DNA from: Albugo candida
Lineage: Eukaryota
Assembly: GCA_040437565.1 (NCBI GenBank)
Contig: JBDOQK010000026.1
Span: 186,001 to 250,000, forward strand
Length of the DNA: 64,000 bases
Direction of reading: 5' to 3'
Under the pieces are notes generated by a model. The model searched no databases and was not told the origin of the DNA. It saw only the letters and a list, made by a program, of their open reading frames with translations. Position 1 is the stretch's first letter. Every line of letters begins with the position of its first letter. Of the stretch, positions 1 through 11,714 are shown in pieces. The translations under genes and the position numbers were made by a program.

Positions 1-2
1 TG

Positions 3-2135
3 AAATTGCAGCCTGAAACCAATGGATTCACTTTACTTGCCACAGACGACACAACATTACATCTGATTGCATCTTCGTCTTTGGAAAAGTCGATGTGGGT
101 TCATCATATCAAGCTCGCATTGTCTCGGGTACATCTTAACCGAAAAATAGCGAGAAGTAGAAGAGGTGGTCACACGATTCGACGAACTCAATCAGGTGAT
201 GATCGAGATAATTCGTCTCTTTTGGACACGACGCTTGACACAGTTGATACTGGCACTCCGAAGAGCTCCAAAAGTGGTGCTAGCGATGACAGAGACCCAT
301 TTTGCACAACTCTGTCAAATCGATACTTGATCAAGATGATCAACTTACTAAGTGTGACCTGTACCGATGAAATTTCTGAACATTTACCTTCAGCCTTTCG
401 GCAGCTCAGTAAGGACGTCGAGCTCTTATTTGATATCGAAACCACGGAGGTGAAGCATCCATCATGTATTTTCAAGGGTGTTTATCACGGAAGAGAAGGA
501 TTTGCACATTTTGTCTGGTTATATCAGAGCAAATACGTACTCGCAAAGGACATGCTTGCCAAGCCGTCACACAAAACCGAAAAAAATGGCGAGTTTCACA
601 GTTATGTGCTTCCGGATCAGCGGCTGATGAATAACACCTCCGGATCTAAGACCAACGGAAACATAATCCTTCAACTTACATTCACACCGGCCCGTCGGAT
701 CAATCGAGTCGTGTTCTCGTTCCGGCGAATGCATACGAGCCCTTGTCGACGTCGCCCGAGCGTGAAGAGTATCTCAGTATTTCCGTTGGTACTGGCCGAA
801 CACCCGCCTTGTTTTCATCAAGCCTACTTGTCCAAGCGATCGTTGGCATTGACATTCTCGGACTTTGATGTAGTGGGAGTTCTAGGGCAAGGAGGGTTCG
901 GAACTGTCATTCTGGTTCGATTACATCACAGTCCAGAGGAACTATTTGCAATCAAAATCATTGATAAGCACTTGGGGGCTGAGACCGCATTGAAGGAACG
1001 TCGCATATTGAACGGAGTTCATCATCCGTTTTTAGTCTGCCTTCGATTCGCCTTTCAGACGCAAACAAAATTGTACTTGGGAATGGATTACTACAAAGGT
1101 GGAAACTTGTACCTGCATATGCACAGTTCTCACACAGGAGACCCTAATTTGATCACAGGTGGTGGATCACGTTTCTCAGTGGAACGAGCGAGATTTTATG
1201 CTGCTGAAGTTGCTATCGCGCTATCTTATTTGCATTCTTGTGGTATTATTTATCGCGATTTGAAGCCCGATAACGTTATGCTGGACAAAACCGGTCATAT
1301 CCGATTGATCGATTTTGGACTATCAAAGCAATTGCAGTATGAGAACAATCATTACGCACCGACAGGAACACTAGCGGGATCTCCAGCCTACATTGCACCA
1401 GAACAGCTTCTCACGCAAAAACCACGCTACGGAATGGAAGCAGATTGGTGGAGCTACGGAATTCTACTGTACGAAATGTTGACTGGCTCCACACCGTTTG
1501 CAGACAACAACATATCAACCATGTATCGCAAGATTCAATCAGCTCAAATCGTGTATGACTGTCATCCAAAAATGGACCCACTCGCTGTAGATCTGCTTCA
1601 GAATTTGCTTGTACGGGACCCAACAAAGCGGATAAAGATTGCAGAAATTAAAGCGCACCCTTTTTTCAGTCCAATAGATTGGGAACGGCTAGAGATGAAA
1701 GATGTTGATGCTCCTTTCGTCCCTTCAGCTAAACAGCTAATGGATAATGTGCATGCTCATTTCCGCAATATGAATGTGGTAGGAACTCTAGGGGACCGAA
1801 ATCAGCATGCTGGTCGCTCTAAACCAAATAACGCTGGATTATTTCCCAAGAAACCAAGCGGTGCAAATGATTTTTGTCATTTTGATGAATTCAGCTTCAG
1901 CTATGACACAGAACGTGATTCCGCTATCAGTGTCAATATGGCCGACAACGGATGGCTAATGAATCAGCTCCGCCATGGAGCAGAATTACGCGGGATACTT
2001 CAGTCAAATTTGGATGATGCAGATATCGCATCCGTCACTGGAAACGGTAGCAACACGAGCGAAGAGGATTCACCTCGAAACGATCAACGATCGAGTGATA
2101 GTATCAATTCCAGTGATGATAGTAGTAGCCCTTGA
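3..2135 (+). CDS. AGC-family Ser/Thr protein kinase with N-terminal PH-domain remnant (5' end lies outside window)
   Basis: Kinase motifs LGQGGFG, FAIK, IYRDLKPDN, DFG, APE and DWWSYG are present, with AGC C-tail APFVP and hydrophobic motif FDEFSF. The N-terminus (LHLIASSSLEKSMWVHHIK) resembles the last strand and helix of a PH domain. The frame is open from the window start, with no ATG at the ORF-track start. Confidence 0.9.
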   Translation, partial: KLQPETNGFTLLATDDTTLHLIASSSLEKSMWVHHIKLALSRVHLNRKIARSRRGGHTIRRTQSGDDRDNSSLLDTTLDTVDTGTPKSSKSGASDDRDPFCTTLSNRYLIKMINLLSVTCTDEISEHLPSAFRQLSKDVELLFDIETTEVKHPSCIFKGVYHGREGFAHFVWLYQSKYVLAKDMLAKPSHKTEKNGEFHSYVLPDQRLMNNTSGSKTNGNIILQLTFTPARRINRVVFSFRRMHTSPCRRRPSVKSISVFPLVLAEHPPCFHQAYLSKRSLALTFSDFDVVGVLGQGGFGTVILVRLHHSPEELFAIKIIDKHLGAETALKERRILNGVHHPFLVCLRFAFQTQTKLYLGMDYYKGGNLYLHMHSSHTGDPNLITGGGSRFSVERARFYAAEVAIALSYLHSCGIIYRDLKPDNVMLDKTGHIRLIDFGLSKQLQYENNHYAPTGTLAGSPAYIAPEQLLTQKPRYGMEADWWSYGILLYEMLTGSTPFADNNISTMYRKIQSAQIVYDCHPKMDPLAVDLLQNLLVRDPTKRIKIAEIKAHPFFSPIDWERLEMKDVDAPFVPSAKQLMDNVHAHFRNMNVVGTLGDRNQHAGRSKPNNAGLFPKKPSGANDFCHFDEFSFSYDTERDSAISVNMADNGWLMNQLRHGAELRGILQSNLDDADIASVTGNGSNTSEEDSPRNDQRSSDSINSSDDSSSP

Positions 2136-2639
2136 GCGGTCGAGAACGTCAATCTACTCTCCACAATACATCGGCTGTGGTCGCATATGCAGAACGTCTC
2201 ATTAAAGCTCGGCGGGGTACCTTCTTTCTATGATTTATAGTAAGGCGGCAAGTTGAGTAGGTATAGGTAGTAAGCAGACATGGCGGTCTCGATACAATAA
2301 TTATATATTATCAAGTGCATATGAACCTATCAATCGCTCGATAGAAAACTTGGGTGTTGGCCATTTGCAATGTAAAGTGTCGTTTCTACCACATGTCTGT
2401 TGATAGCAACTGAAACCACAAAGTCGCGATTAGGTCAGATTCAACCTATATAGAGAAGAAAAGAATTTGATTTTATACCGCAGCTTCATTGAGCTCTGAT
2501 CCCGTATATTTGGTATATGCCTCGACAGCTGTGATGTCATCTTCACGGAACATATCAAACATTCTTGCATTCGAATTCTCATCTTTCAAAGCAGAACTAA
2601 ATTCTCCCTATTGTGCTTGTTACTTTTACTATAAAAAGT

Positions 2640-4186
2640 ATGCGCTTTAATCGTCCAAGCGATACTTTCCCGCGTTCTGTCGTCCCGTTTGATAAAGTTG
2701 AAGAGTATGGAGTCTTAGCGAATCGAGTGGTTGACGACACACTCAGACATTATGCATATCATAAATCTAAAGGACGTCGCAACTCCATCGTGGACGAGTC
2801 GCAGTGGAAGCTATTCAAAGCTACGAAGGACTTCGCAGTATACAAGCAACGTTACGCAGCAAAGGAAAATTGCAATATTCTTCAAACACTGGCTGGGGAA
2901 GATNNNNNNNNNNNNNNNNNNNNNNNNNNNNNNNNNNNNNNNNNNNNNNNNNNNNNNNNNNNNNNNNNNNNNNNNNNNNNNNNNNNNNNNNNNNNNNNNN
3001 NNNTAAAGTTGAAGAGTATGGAGTCTTAGCGAATCGAGTGGTTGACGACACACTCAGACATTATGCATACCATAAATCTAAAGGACGTCGCAACTCCATC
3101 GTGGACGAGTCGCAGTGGAAGCTATTCAAAGCTACGAAGGACTTCGCAGTATACAAGCAACGTTACGCAGCAAAGGAAAATTGCAATATTCTTCAAACAC
3201 TGGCTGGGGAAGATTTAGTAATATCTAAGAACAAATGTCCCATGCTGTTGGGCATTGGGTCCGTCGATGGAAGGCTAGATGATATGTTGTATGGAGCTGT
3301 CGTGGAAAACACGAGAGATCTACGCATTCGAATGTCATACACCGAGGAAGACGTGGAGGATGCTCAAATTCTGCAGGTTCTTGCGAGTCCTACCGCTGAC
3401 AATCCCTTCAGTTGTGGCAGTGTCATATGGGTCGTAAATGGTTCGAGTCCCATTCCTTTCATGAAGAAACGCGACGTTGTACAATTGCATTTTGTTGGTA
3501 CTAGGCAGCTCGCCAATGGAGAGCGAATTGGTTTTAGTATATGGCATTCCGTAGATATTCGCAATGCGCCATCCCTTTACAACAACAATGATCTCGTCCG
3601 AGCTAAGAGCTCTTTTTGCGTCATATGGCGGCAAGCAACCGAAAATACGATCGACGTATATCATAGAGGATTTGTGGCTTATATGGGAAATGCACCAGAA
3701 TTTACTTCGACAACGGTTGGTGTACAAGCTACATTTGCCGCACAAAACATCATCCACGCCGCGTATGCCAAAAAGTTTTTTCGATACATTGAAACATTGC
3801 CGCACTTTATGAATCGAAGCAGTACGCGCTCTTCGGAGAGCATTCCGACCGAGTGTTCTGGTGGCTGCTGTAGTAATGTGACGCTAAAGTTTGGCGTCTG
3901 CATTGTTTGTCGCAAGGTAAAATCGACCCTTTTTTTTTGTCGGGCTCGTTGGCACTAACATGTATCTTTGCATTTATAGCCGGTTTGTCATCAATGCAAA
4001 TTCTTGAAGCGAATCATCTTTGACATACGAGTCGAGTCCGGTATATCCCAAAAGTGGTTACTAGCGTGCATTCCATGTGTTTCCAGCATTAGACGAACAG
4101 AAGCATATCCTCTCGCGAGGCAAGATAGCATGAAACGCAATCAATTGTCAACCTCACTAACCGCTTCGACAGAAATCTGCCCTTGA
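2640..4186 (+). CDS. START-like domain protein with C-terminal FYVE-like zinc finger (oomycete-expanded family); 2 exons
   Basis: ATG 2640. Intron 3917-3979 (GTAAAA...CACTAAC...TAG) joins CIVCRK to PVCHQC...CIPC. START-like motifs include LLGIGSVDGRLDDMLYG, KKRDVV and GERIGF. Removing the 311-bp gap plus duplication and the intron gives 1173 nt (390 aa) in frame. Confidence 0.75.
2693..3214. repeat. Duplicated gap flanks (uncollapsed overlap); also 10937-11516, 22680-23111, 28888-29507, 57355-57754, 58217-59234, 63567-64000
   Basis: Sequence before each 100-N gap is repeated near-identically right after it. Confidence 0.9.
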
Positions 4187-4374
4187 GTAGGGACGGAAAA
4201 TCAATATCTTTCCCGTTGATTTTAATAGATTGTCACGATATTGTGATTTTCACAATCCGTTTTCTTATTCTAAGTAGATTCGCGTACTTTCTCCAAATTT
4301 TCCTCGAAAGTGTCGCACCTTTCATATTGCAAATGCGACAAGAAGAGTGACTCATCACTTTTTATTTTCGTGGA

Positions 4375-5465
4375 ATGGCGCAAGTGCGTTGGGGCATTCT
4401 TGGCTGCGGAAAGATTTCCAGTGACTTCACTACCGTTCTTCGACAATTCACCGACTCCGTTGTTACAGCATGTGCTTCGAGATCGCAACAGCGTTCTGAA
4501 GCGTTCGCAAAGCAACACCGTAGGCTGATCTGCACATTTTAACTACTCTCATTTGCAAATTTGTAGAAATTGCAAAATGGTACGACTCGTACGATAAACT
4601 ATGTGAAGATCCGGAGGTGGATATCGTTTACATTGGAACGATTCATCCTCGGCACATTGACCAGATTAAAAGTGCGATCAAGAATAAAAGACACATTTTG
4701 GTCGAGAAACCGATGACGATCAACAAGTCACAAGCGCTGGAGGTGAAATCCCTGGTTGACCAAAGCAATTGTTTTTTCTTGGAAGGAATGTGGTCTCGTT
4801 TCTTTCCGGCTACGCGTTATGTCTGCCACTTGCTGGAGGAAGGAGCAATCGGACAAGTTCAGTTTGTGACCACTTGCATCGGCTATGCCTTCTCCTCGGA
4901 CGCCCAACGCATCTGGGATCGCTCCATGGGTGGTGGGGGATTGCTGGATATTGGTATATACGGCCTTCAATATGTGACAATGGCGTTCGGAGTGGACGCC
5001 AAGATTGAGAAGATAGTTGCCTCCGGGAAATTGACGGATGGAGGCGTAGATGCCTATGGATCAATCACGATTCACTACGAAGGCAACAGATTCGGAACGG
5101 TACAGTATAGTTGCTTCGCTAGACTAAATGAACGAGTCAGCATTGTCGGGACTGAAGGAGTTATTGAAATTCATCCGGAAGGTCATATCCCTACTAAAGT
5201 CACATTATCTCGCAACAAACCTGATCCGACGGATGGCTCAACCAAGTCGACAAAAGAATTTCTACTTCCCACTGATGATGCATCAAAGTATGAGTTCGAG
5301 GGATCAACGGGATTCAAATATGAAATCGAAGCAGTAAATGATTACCTGAGGCAAAAAAAACGTGAAACAACCGAGTTTTCGTGGAAGGACTCTGTTTTAC
5401 TACAAGACATAATGGATCAAGTAAGACACCAGCTTGGTGTTGTGTATCCGGAAGAAGAAAAATAA
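4375..5465 (+). CDS. Gfo/Idh/MocA oxidoreductase (dimeric dihydrodiol dehydrogenase / D-xylose dehydrogenase-like); 2 exons
   Basis: Exon 1 MAQVRWGILGCGKIS is the Rossmann motif. A 47-nt intron at 4520-4566 follows. Exon 2 has VYIGT.HPRH, LVEKP, EGMWSRFFP and GGGGLLDIGIY. Confidence 0.88.
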
Positions 5466-7928
5466 GTAGTTAATTCTTTCTTCCGATATGATAAATGAAA
5501 TCAAGTGATCTTTTCAAATGATAACAGTGGTCTGATTTGTCGTAAAACTCAAGAATACAGCAAATGGCTTGTATTTCACTCACAAAAGCATTCGCTGCTC
5601 TAATGTACAACTCTAGGCTGAATTCCCCTTTTGTGGAAGTTTCAAGAAAGAGAACCGGAGACGATTTACGATGCCAGCATTCACAACAATATATATCATC
5701 AGTCGTCCGATCAGTAGTACAAGCTTCATTTCAAGCTTCCGTTTGATAATGTTGCAGCGAAATGGGCATAATACGAAGACTGCAAGGGATGCTTGCTTGA
5801 TGCCACGACCGGTCCTACTCGACACATAAAGCTACGACCTGATAATATCGGTCGATAGTTGAGTCAAATTGGAAGAGGATTCACTCCAAATATAGATGGC
5901 AGATATCCTTGAGTAGAATGGTATAGGTAGCATTGCTTGTCGTGGATCCTTTTCTACTTGCGCTATTGCTGTGCCACCCTCAACCATTCTTCAAGCGTAC
6001 CTCTACTACCTCATGATGTCCTCCGGCTTTTCGAAAGAACAAGTATCGAAAAGCTTCATTGCTACGACTGTTCTCTTCGGCTCGTTTCTTAATGCAGTAG
6101 CAAAATGGCTTCTAAAGAGAGCATACAATGGCGGAATTGATCATTAAACATAGATTAACATTGCAGTAAATAACGCATTCTTCATTAGTTTGTGTGGTGA
6201 ACACAGCAAAACAAAGTGTCACACACGATATCGTGCATCCTGGTAAAGGAAGGAGAGGGTACCCGGACAGTACTTGGCAATGCGCCCGAGATAAGCTCCA
6301 TGTTAGATTGTTCAGGACTATCAAAAAATCTTTCAGACTCGCGAATGTGACATTACGGAGGCGAAGCAAATGTACGCTGCTCTCTCGGAACGATATGTGA
6401 AGCTAAAGGGACAGGTGCGGATGTTGTGACCGACCAAGAGTATTCCGTCATTTTATACGGAAGTGCAATGGTCTCAATATCAGCGCGGTGGTGATCTACT
6501 TTGAATGATGCGCATGTGATTATCGAAGAAGATGGGGATGCAGGCCGCGTTTGAGCTTTAAGAAGAAGAGGGGTTTTAGCGATACCAGGAGAACAATGAT
6601 TAATTACAAAATGTCGAACCAGGTTTTTGTCTCACCTTAGTGGCGAGAGTGTTTGTTAACCCGTGAAACATTTTGGGACCATGAACACGAAACCCGGCTT
6701 GTGGCACAATACATCACGAGCGAGCATGTCGTAGAGTTTTTGCATGACCGGTTAAGCGTCCCTTGATTCCTGTTCTTGTTGAATCATTCAGCCAAATGTT
6801 GAGGAAGTGATGGCTGCGTCTTATGCGGCTTCCTCCAAACGTCAGCTAACCGCCGGACATCATCTATTATAGCACACAGAAGACAATATTGAGTAGACAA
6901 TGTATAAGTATGTGGTATAAGCTTGTTAACTTGCTAAATCGACTTCGTGGCGCATCGGTGTCGAAGAGAACTAAAGGACATGCTAGCTATTTTGGAGGAC
7001 ACGACAAGACGACTTATAAACATTTGAAAGGTGATGCTGTAAGACACAAACGCCCTTGAGCGTGGCCGGTTACGCAACAAGTTGCGTTGCTTACTCTTTC
7101 AGCCAGGAAGGCTGGCGCAAGATGTCAATATGGTTCTTTTACCGACAAAATGCACAAGGAAGACACAAGCTGACGTCATCCTTTTTGTTACTGCGCAGCT
7201 ACAAAGACTCTAAGAATCTAGCTCTGCAACGAAATCAGTGACCAAATGCCGAGGTGGCCACTTCCAGATATAAGCTGTTTCGAACGTGCACAACGATTCC
7301 ACTCCTGCCAATAACTTGTAGTTCTACTGCCTGCAGACGGGTTGCTGGAACGCGCTAAACGGTATGATGTCTTTGGTTTTGCAGTACCGCTACACTAAAA
7401 GTTTCCAGCTGAAGCACTCAATAAGAATGCCATTTGGCGAGTATGAGTGAATTGCCACAAATACGACCCTAATCGTGAACGCAAAGCGCATTTGTATGGT
7501 AACGTCTGTAGGATGTACGAATTCTCGAAGAACGTATCGAATTAGATTGCGACTAAATGCTGAATTGTATTTTCTGTTAGCGACTTCGTACTACACGCGG
7601 ACAAAGGAACGAACTTGAGACAAGATAGAAGGAACAGCCCCATATATTAAAGCTACAAATTCTCCTTGCGGGCAAAAGTTGTTGCCGGCAATGATCCGTA
7701 TTTTCAAAAGAGCGCATGAAATAACTGAGTGTATACTTTTTGAGAATCGAGCACCTGAAAAAGAGCAGCAATTTCAATGTGCTGTGAAGAATTCGATTTA
7801 TGTCAACACATTTTGATTGGAAATAATACGTCAGATCAGGCAAGAAATCAGAGTTGTATTCACCAATCATAATGCTGGAATAGTTACGACGCAGACAAAG
7901 TGACATCGATGGTTCCTTTGTGTATCGA

Positions 7929-10184
7929 ATGGACGATAAGCAGTTGAACTCAGATAAAATGTCGACATCTTTCGCTTGTATCCGTGCTAATCGAGATACA
8001 ATGGCCTGCGAAAGGAGCAAATCCCCAAAGCCGAGTGTGGACGCAAGCAGCCCATCTTATACAGACTGGGCAGCGTACGCTACAATCGGCTTCCTGCTAC
8101 TGATTTTATTCACTTTTATACTTGAACGCTTTATCGATATTTCTACTGCACATCACTCAGAGATTAAATTACAGACGAGTGAGATTGTCGCCATGTATCC
8201 TCCAGAAGTTCGAAATAAAATAAATCTGACAGTTGATCCATGTCACGACTTTTACCAGTTTTCTTGTGGACAATGGCGTGATAAAATAGAGATACCGGAC
8301 GATCGATCTTTTATTTCAGCTTCATTTAGTAACATTTCGGATCGAAATAACGCAGTTTTAAAAGAGATCATGGACGAGGATTGGCCTTACGTGGACGAAT
8401 TGTATTCTTCATGCATGAATGTGTCCGCATTGAATGCCCGCGGCGCAACTCCAATACTCACAGATTTGAAGAGGATTGCCGGAACAAAAAGTAAGAGAGC
8501 TTTGTTCGAATTGGCAGGAGAATTTATAGCAGTGGGCGTGCACTTTTGGACGTCATTGTCCATTTATGCCGATGCAAACGATGCGACACAGTACGCATTA
8601 TACGCGATGCAAAATGGCTTATCGTTACCAAGTGAAAGTTACTATTTAAACCAAGAGGATTTTATTGCTGTGGAAAAGCCTTTTCGAAACTTCATCTACA
8701 AGATGATGACCTTATCGGGGTTTTCGGAAGAAGAGGCGCATTATTGTCAAGATCTTGTTGTTCGCTTGGAATCGACATTGGCTACATTTTACGTTCCAAA
8801 AGACATTGCAAATGACCCTGCCGAAACGTATCATCGTGTATCATTTCATGACGCACAAGAGTTATATCCCCATTTGATTGGTTTTGTTTTGGAGGGCTCA
8901 AAAGTCGGGCTTCCAATCGATCAAGAATCGTTTCGAAATGGCACCAGTCAAAGTACGATTGTCAAGGAGCTTATTATTCAGACTCCAACTTTTTTTCAAA
9001 AGGCTGAACTATTGGCTCAATCAATTTCTTTGCCAGATCTTCGAATTTTTCTTGCGTATAGATACATTGCTCAATGTGCTCTCCGATTATCAGAGCCGTA
9101 TCCAAATGCCCTTTTTGAGTTGTACGGAAAAACTCTCACGGGGCAGAGGGAACCCACACCGCGATACAAAGACTGTTTGGTGCATGTGACGAACAATCTG
9201 CCCGACCTTATTGGCAAGTACTACTCAGTAAAGCTTCATAACATCAGAAGTGAGCAGTTTGCACGTGATCTAGTGCACGATATGGAGATAACTCTGAAGG
9301 ATGTCATCACGAATTCAAATTGGCTAGATGAAGCCACTAAAATCGCCGCAGTGAAGAAACTGGATCACATCACTCAACTGGTCGGTCATTCAAATAAAGT
9401 GGAACACTATCCGTTTGTGCTTTCGTACACAGACTTTTTCCAAAATATCAAAACGATAACAGAGTACAAATTCTTCCGAAAAGTGAGTCGATTGGGTCAG
9501 CGCGTTGACCGCTCCGAATGGCTCATGACAGCAGCAGACGTGAATGCTTATTATAATCCGTCGTCAAATCAAATCGTCTTTCCAGCTGGCATTTTACAAG
9601 CACCATTCTTTGACCCCGGGTACCTGAAAGCACAAGCTTATGGCGCGATTGGGAGTATCATTGCTCACGAATTAACTCATGGCTTTGATAGTCATGGTCG
9701 ATATTATAATCAGGACGGAGATTTGAAGAACTGGTGGTCTTCAAAAACGGAAAAAGAATTTCACAAACGATCTACGTGTCTTTCCAAACAATATGATGGC
9801 TTCCCTGTTTACAGCAGAGATAAAAAATCGCATGTTATAGGTATGGTCGATGGAAATCTCACTCTTAGCGAAAATATCGCGGACAACGGAGGTGTCAAAA
9901 TCTCGTATGAAGCATTTCGTAATTCAAAGTCGCAAAGTATGATTCGATCAGCACCAGATATGCTACCATCTGCAGCTAATCAGCTTTTTTTTGTCTCGTT
10001 TGCGCAAGTGTTTTGTTCGAAAATGACTGATGCGTACGCGCGAAGACGTATCGCGACAGACAGCCATTCACCTGATGAGTGGCGTGTCAATGGTGCCTTG
10101 ATGAATTCGCACAGTTTTTCGAAAGTATTTGAGTGCAGCGCTGGCACGCGCATGAATCCGGAACACAAATGCGCAGTATGGTAG
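7929..10184 (+). CDS. M13-family zinc metalloendopeptidase (neprilysin / endothelin-converting enzyme-like), type II membrane protein
   Basis: N-terminal TM (AYATIGFLLLILFTFIL), followed by VDPCHDFYQFSCG, VNAYY, HELTH, ENIAD, DSHSP and C-terminal MNPEHKCAVW. Confidence 0.95.
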   Translation: MDDKQLNSDKMSTSFACIRANRDTMACERSKSPKPSVDASSPSYTDWAAYATIGFLLLILFTFILERFIDISTAHHSEIKLQTSEIVAMYPPEVRNKINLTVDPCHDFYQFSCGQWRDKIEIPDDRSFISASFSNISDRNNAVLKEIMDEDWPYVDELYSSCMNVSALNARGATPILTDLKRIAGTKSKRALFELAGEFIAVGVHFWTSLSIYADANDATQYALYAMQNGLSLPSESYYLNQEDFIAVEKPFRNFIYKMMTLSGFSEEEAHYCQDLVVRLESTLATFYVPKDIANDPAETYHRVSFHDAQELYPHLIGFVLEGSKVGLPIDQESFRNGTSQSTIVKELIIQTPTFFQKAELLAQSISLPDLRIFLAYRYIAQCALRLSEPYPNALFELYGKTLTGQREPTPRYKDCLVHVTNNLPDLIGKYYSVKLHNIRSEQFARDLVHDMEITLKDVITNSNWLDEATKIAAVKKLDHITQLVGHSNKVEHYPFVLSYTDFFQNIKTITEYKFFRKVSRLGQRVDRSEWLMTAADVNAYYNPSSNQIVFPAGILQAPFFDPGYLKAQAYGAIGSIIAHELTHGFDSHGRYYNQDGDLKNWWSSKTEKEFHKRSTCLSKQYDGFPVYSRDKKSHVIGMVDGNLTLSENIADNGGVKISYEAFRNSKSQSMIRSAPDMLPSAANQLFFVSFAQVFCSKMTDAYARRRIATDSHSPDEWRVNGALMNSHSFSKVFECSAGTRMNPEHKCAVW

Positions 10185-10319
10185 CAATCAGTCCTAACTC
10201 GAACTGACTCGCTATCTTGTACATTCACTCTCGTTGAATGTATCAGCGGCATTTACTCGGTGTCATAATTCCTACATAAGCGGCATGCAGCTCCGTAATA
10301 GGCATAGCACGGTAATAGC

Positions 10320-10860
10320 ATGCTCCGACGCAATGTATGGAAACGATTTTACGCCACGGACAAGAAATTGAACACGTTCAAGGAGATACAAAAAGTACCA
10401 TTCATTGATGATGTTGATATAGTAATGGGTCTAACCAGCAGCTCACGTAGATCGATATAGGCAGTCCAACTTGGTCTTTAGAAGAGCTTCATTTGAGAGA
10501 ATATAGAGCATCTGCCAAGGATTCGATTTTGTCTCATGAAAAGGTTTGATGACTACGATGCATTCAAGGATTAAATTGTGAAGTGTCCAGGTGATCAAAT
10601 TGGCCAAATTGAGCCGCATCTTCATCCGCTCAGAACAGCTTCCGGAGCTATCGTGTAGCGTGGATTCTGTTCTCAGATGCATGCAAACAGTTCAAAAATC
10701 GACTGTGGATGAGTGTTCAACGAAAGAAGCAGCATCGCATGGCTTTATCGTAACACCCTTACGTGATGACGTGGCGACAAACCATACAAAAAGCGAATCT
10801 ATACTGAGAAATGCGGAAAGCAGCCCTTACTTCAAAGTCCCCAAAGTACTTGAAGATTAG
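10320..10860 (+). CDS. gatC: Mitochondrial Glu-tRNA(Gln) amidotransferase subunit C; 3 exons (10320-10394, 10451-10543, 10591-10860)
   Basis: Last exon reads LAKLSRI...TPLRDD...ILRNA...YFKVPKVLE, typical of GatC. Two phase-0 GT-AG introns (10395-10450, 10544-10590). The Arg-rich N-terminus MLRRNVWKRFYA resembles a mitochondrial presequence. Confidence 0.82.
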
Positions 10861-11714
10861 CTATGATCAGCAAAGATTGTAATTGTGAAATCGAGAAACT
10901 CTCTGCAACGCACATCAAGTTGTATATAGAGCTGAACTGCCAAAGCCGCTTTTATCTCACTCTGCTCCAAAGATACTTCGATTGGATGCGCCTACCTTTC
11001 TGCTAATCACATTATTCTACACCTGAATTCCATAGTGCAAAATATCGTCAAGTCCTTCTTAGATTATTTCTTCATGCGGTCGATTGACGGTAGAGAGTGA
11101 TCAAACTCAGACGCGTGCCAGGTGTACTGAAAAATGGTAAAATAATCACTCGATGGATTCAAAATTCCAAAAAGCTNNNNNNNNNNNNNNNNNNNNNNNN
11201 NNNNNNNNNNNNNNNNNNNNNNNNNNNNNNNNNNNNNNNNNNNNNNNNNNNNNNNNNNNNNNNNNNNNNNNNNNNNACTGCCAAAGCCGCTTTTATCTCA
11301 CTCTGCTCCAAAGATACTTCGATTGGATGCGCCTACCTTTCTGCTAATCACATTATTCTACACCTGAATTCCATAGTGCAAAATATCGTCAAGTCCTTCT
11401 TAGATTATTTCTTCATGCGGTCGATTGACGGTAGAGAGTGATCAAACTCAGACGCGTGCCAGGTGTACTGAAAAATGGTAAAATAATCACTCGATGGATT
11501 CAAAATTCCAAAAAGCTTATTGTAAATACAAGAGCTATAATAACACGTGTGCATAAGCATCCTTTACCGACATCGTCTCATAGAAGACAGAAGACACGTC
11601 TCAACGTTACTACGACATCAAATAGCACCAGAAGCAGATTTTGCTGCCGATACATGCTCCGAGAAGCCACATCGCGCAAAATTTTAATTTTGAGGTCGAT
11701 GCAATCCGATAAAG

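Noticed and set aside
3335..3805. Long antisense ORFs overlapping real genes (also 15018-15416, 56162-56647)
   Set aside because: Shadow ORFs on the opposite strand of coding sequence with no motifs.
10861..11714. Short ORFs between gatC and the SulP gene
   Set aside because: No recognisable motifs; the ORFs are inflated by the gap and duplication.
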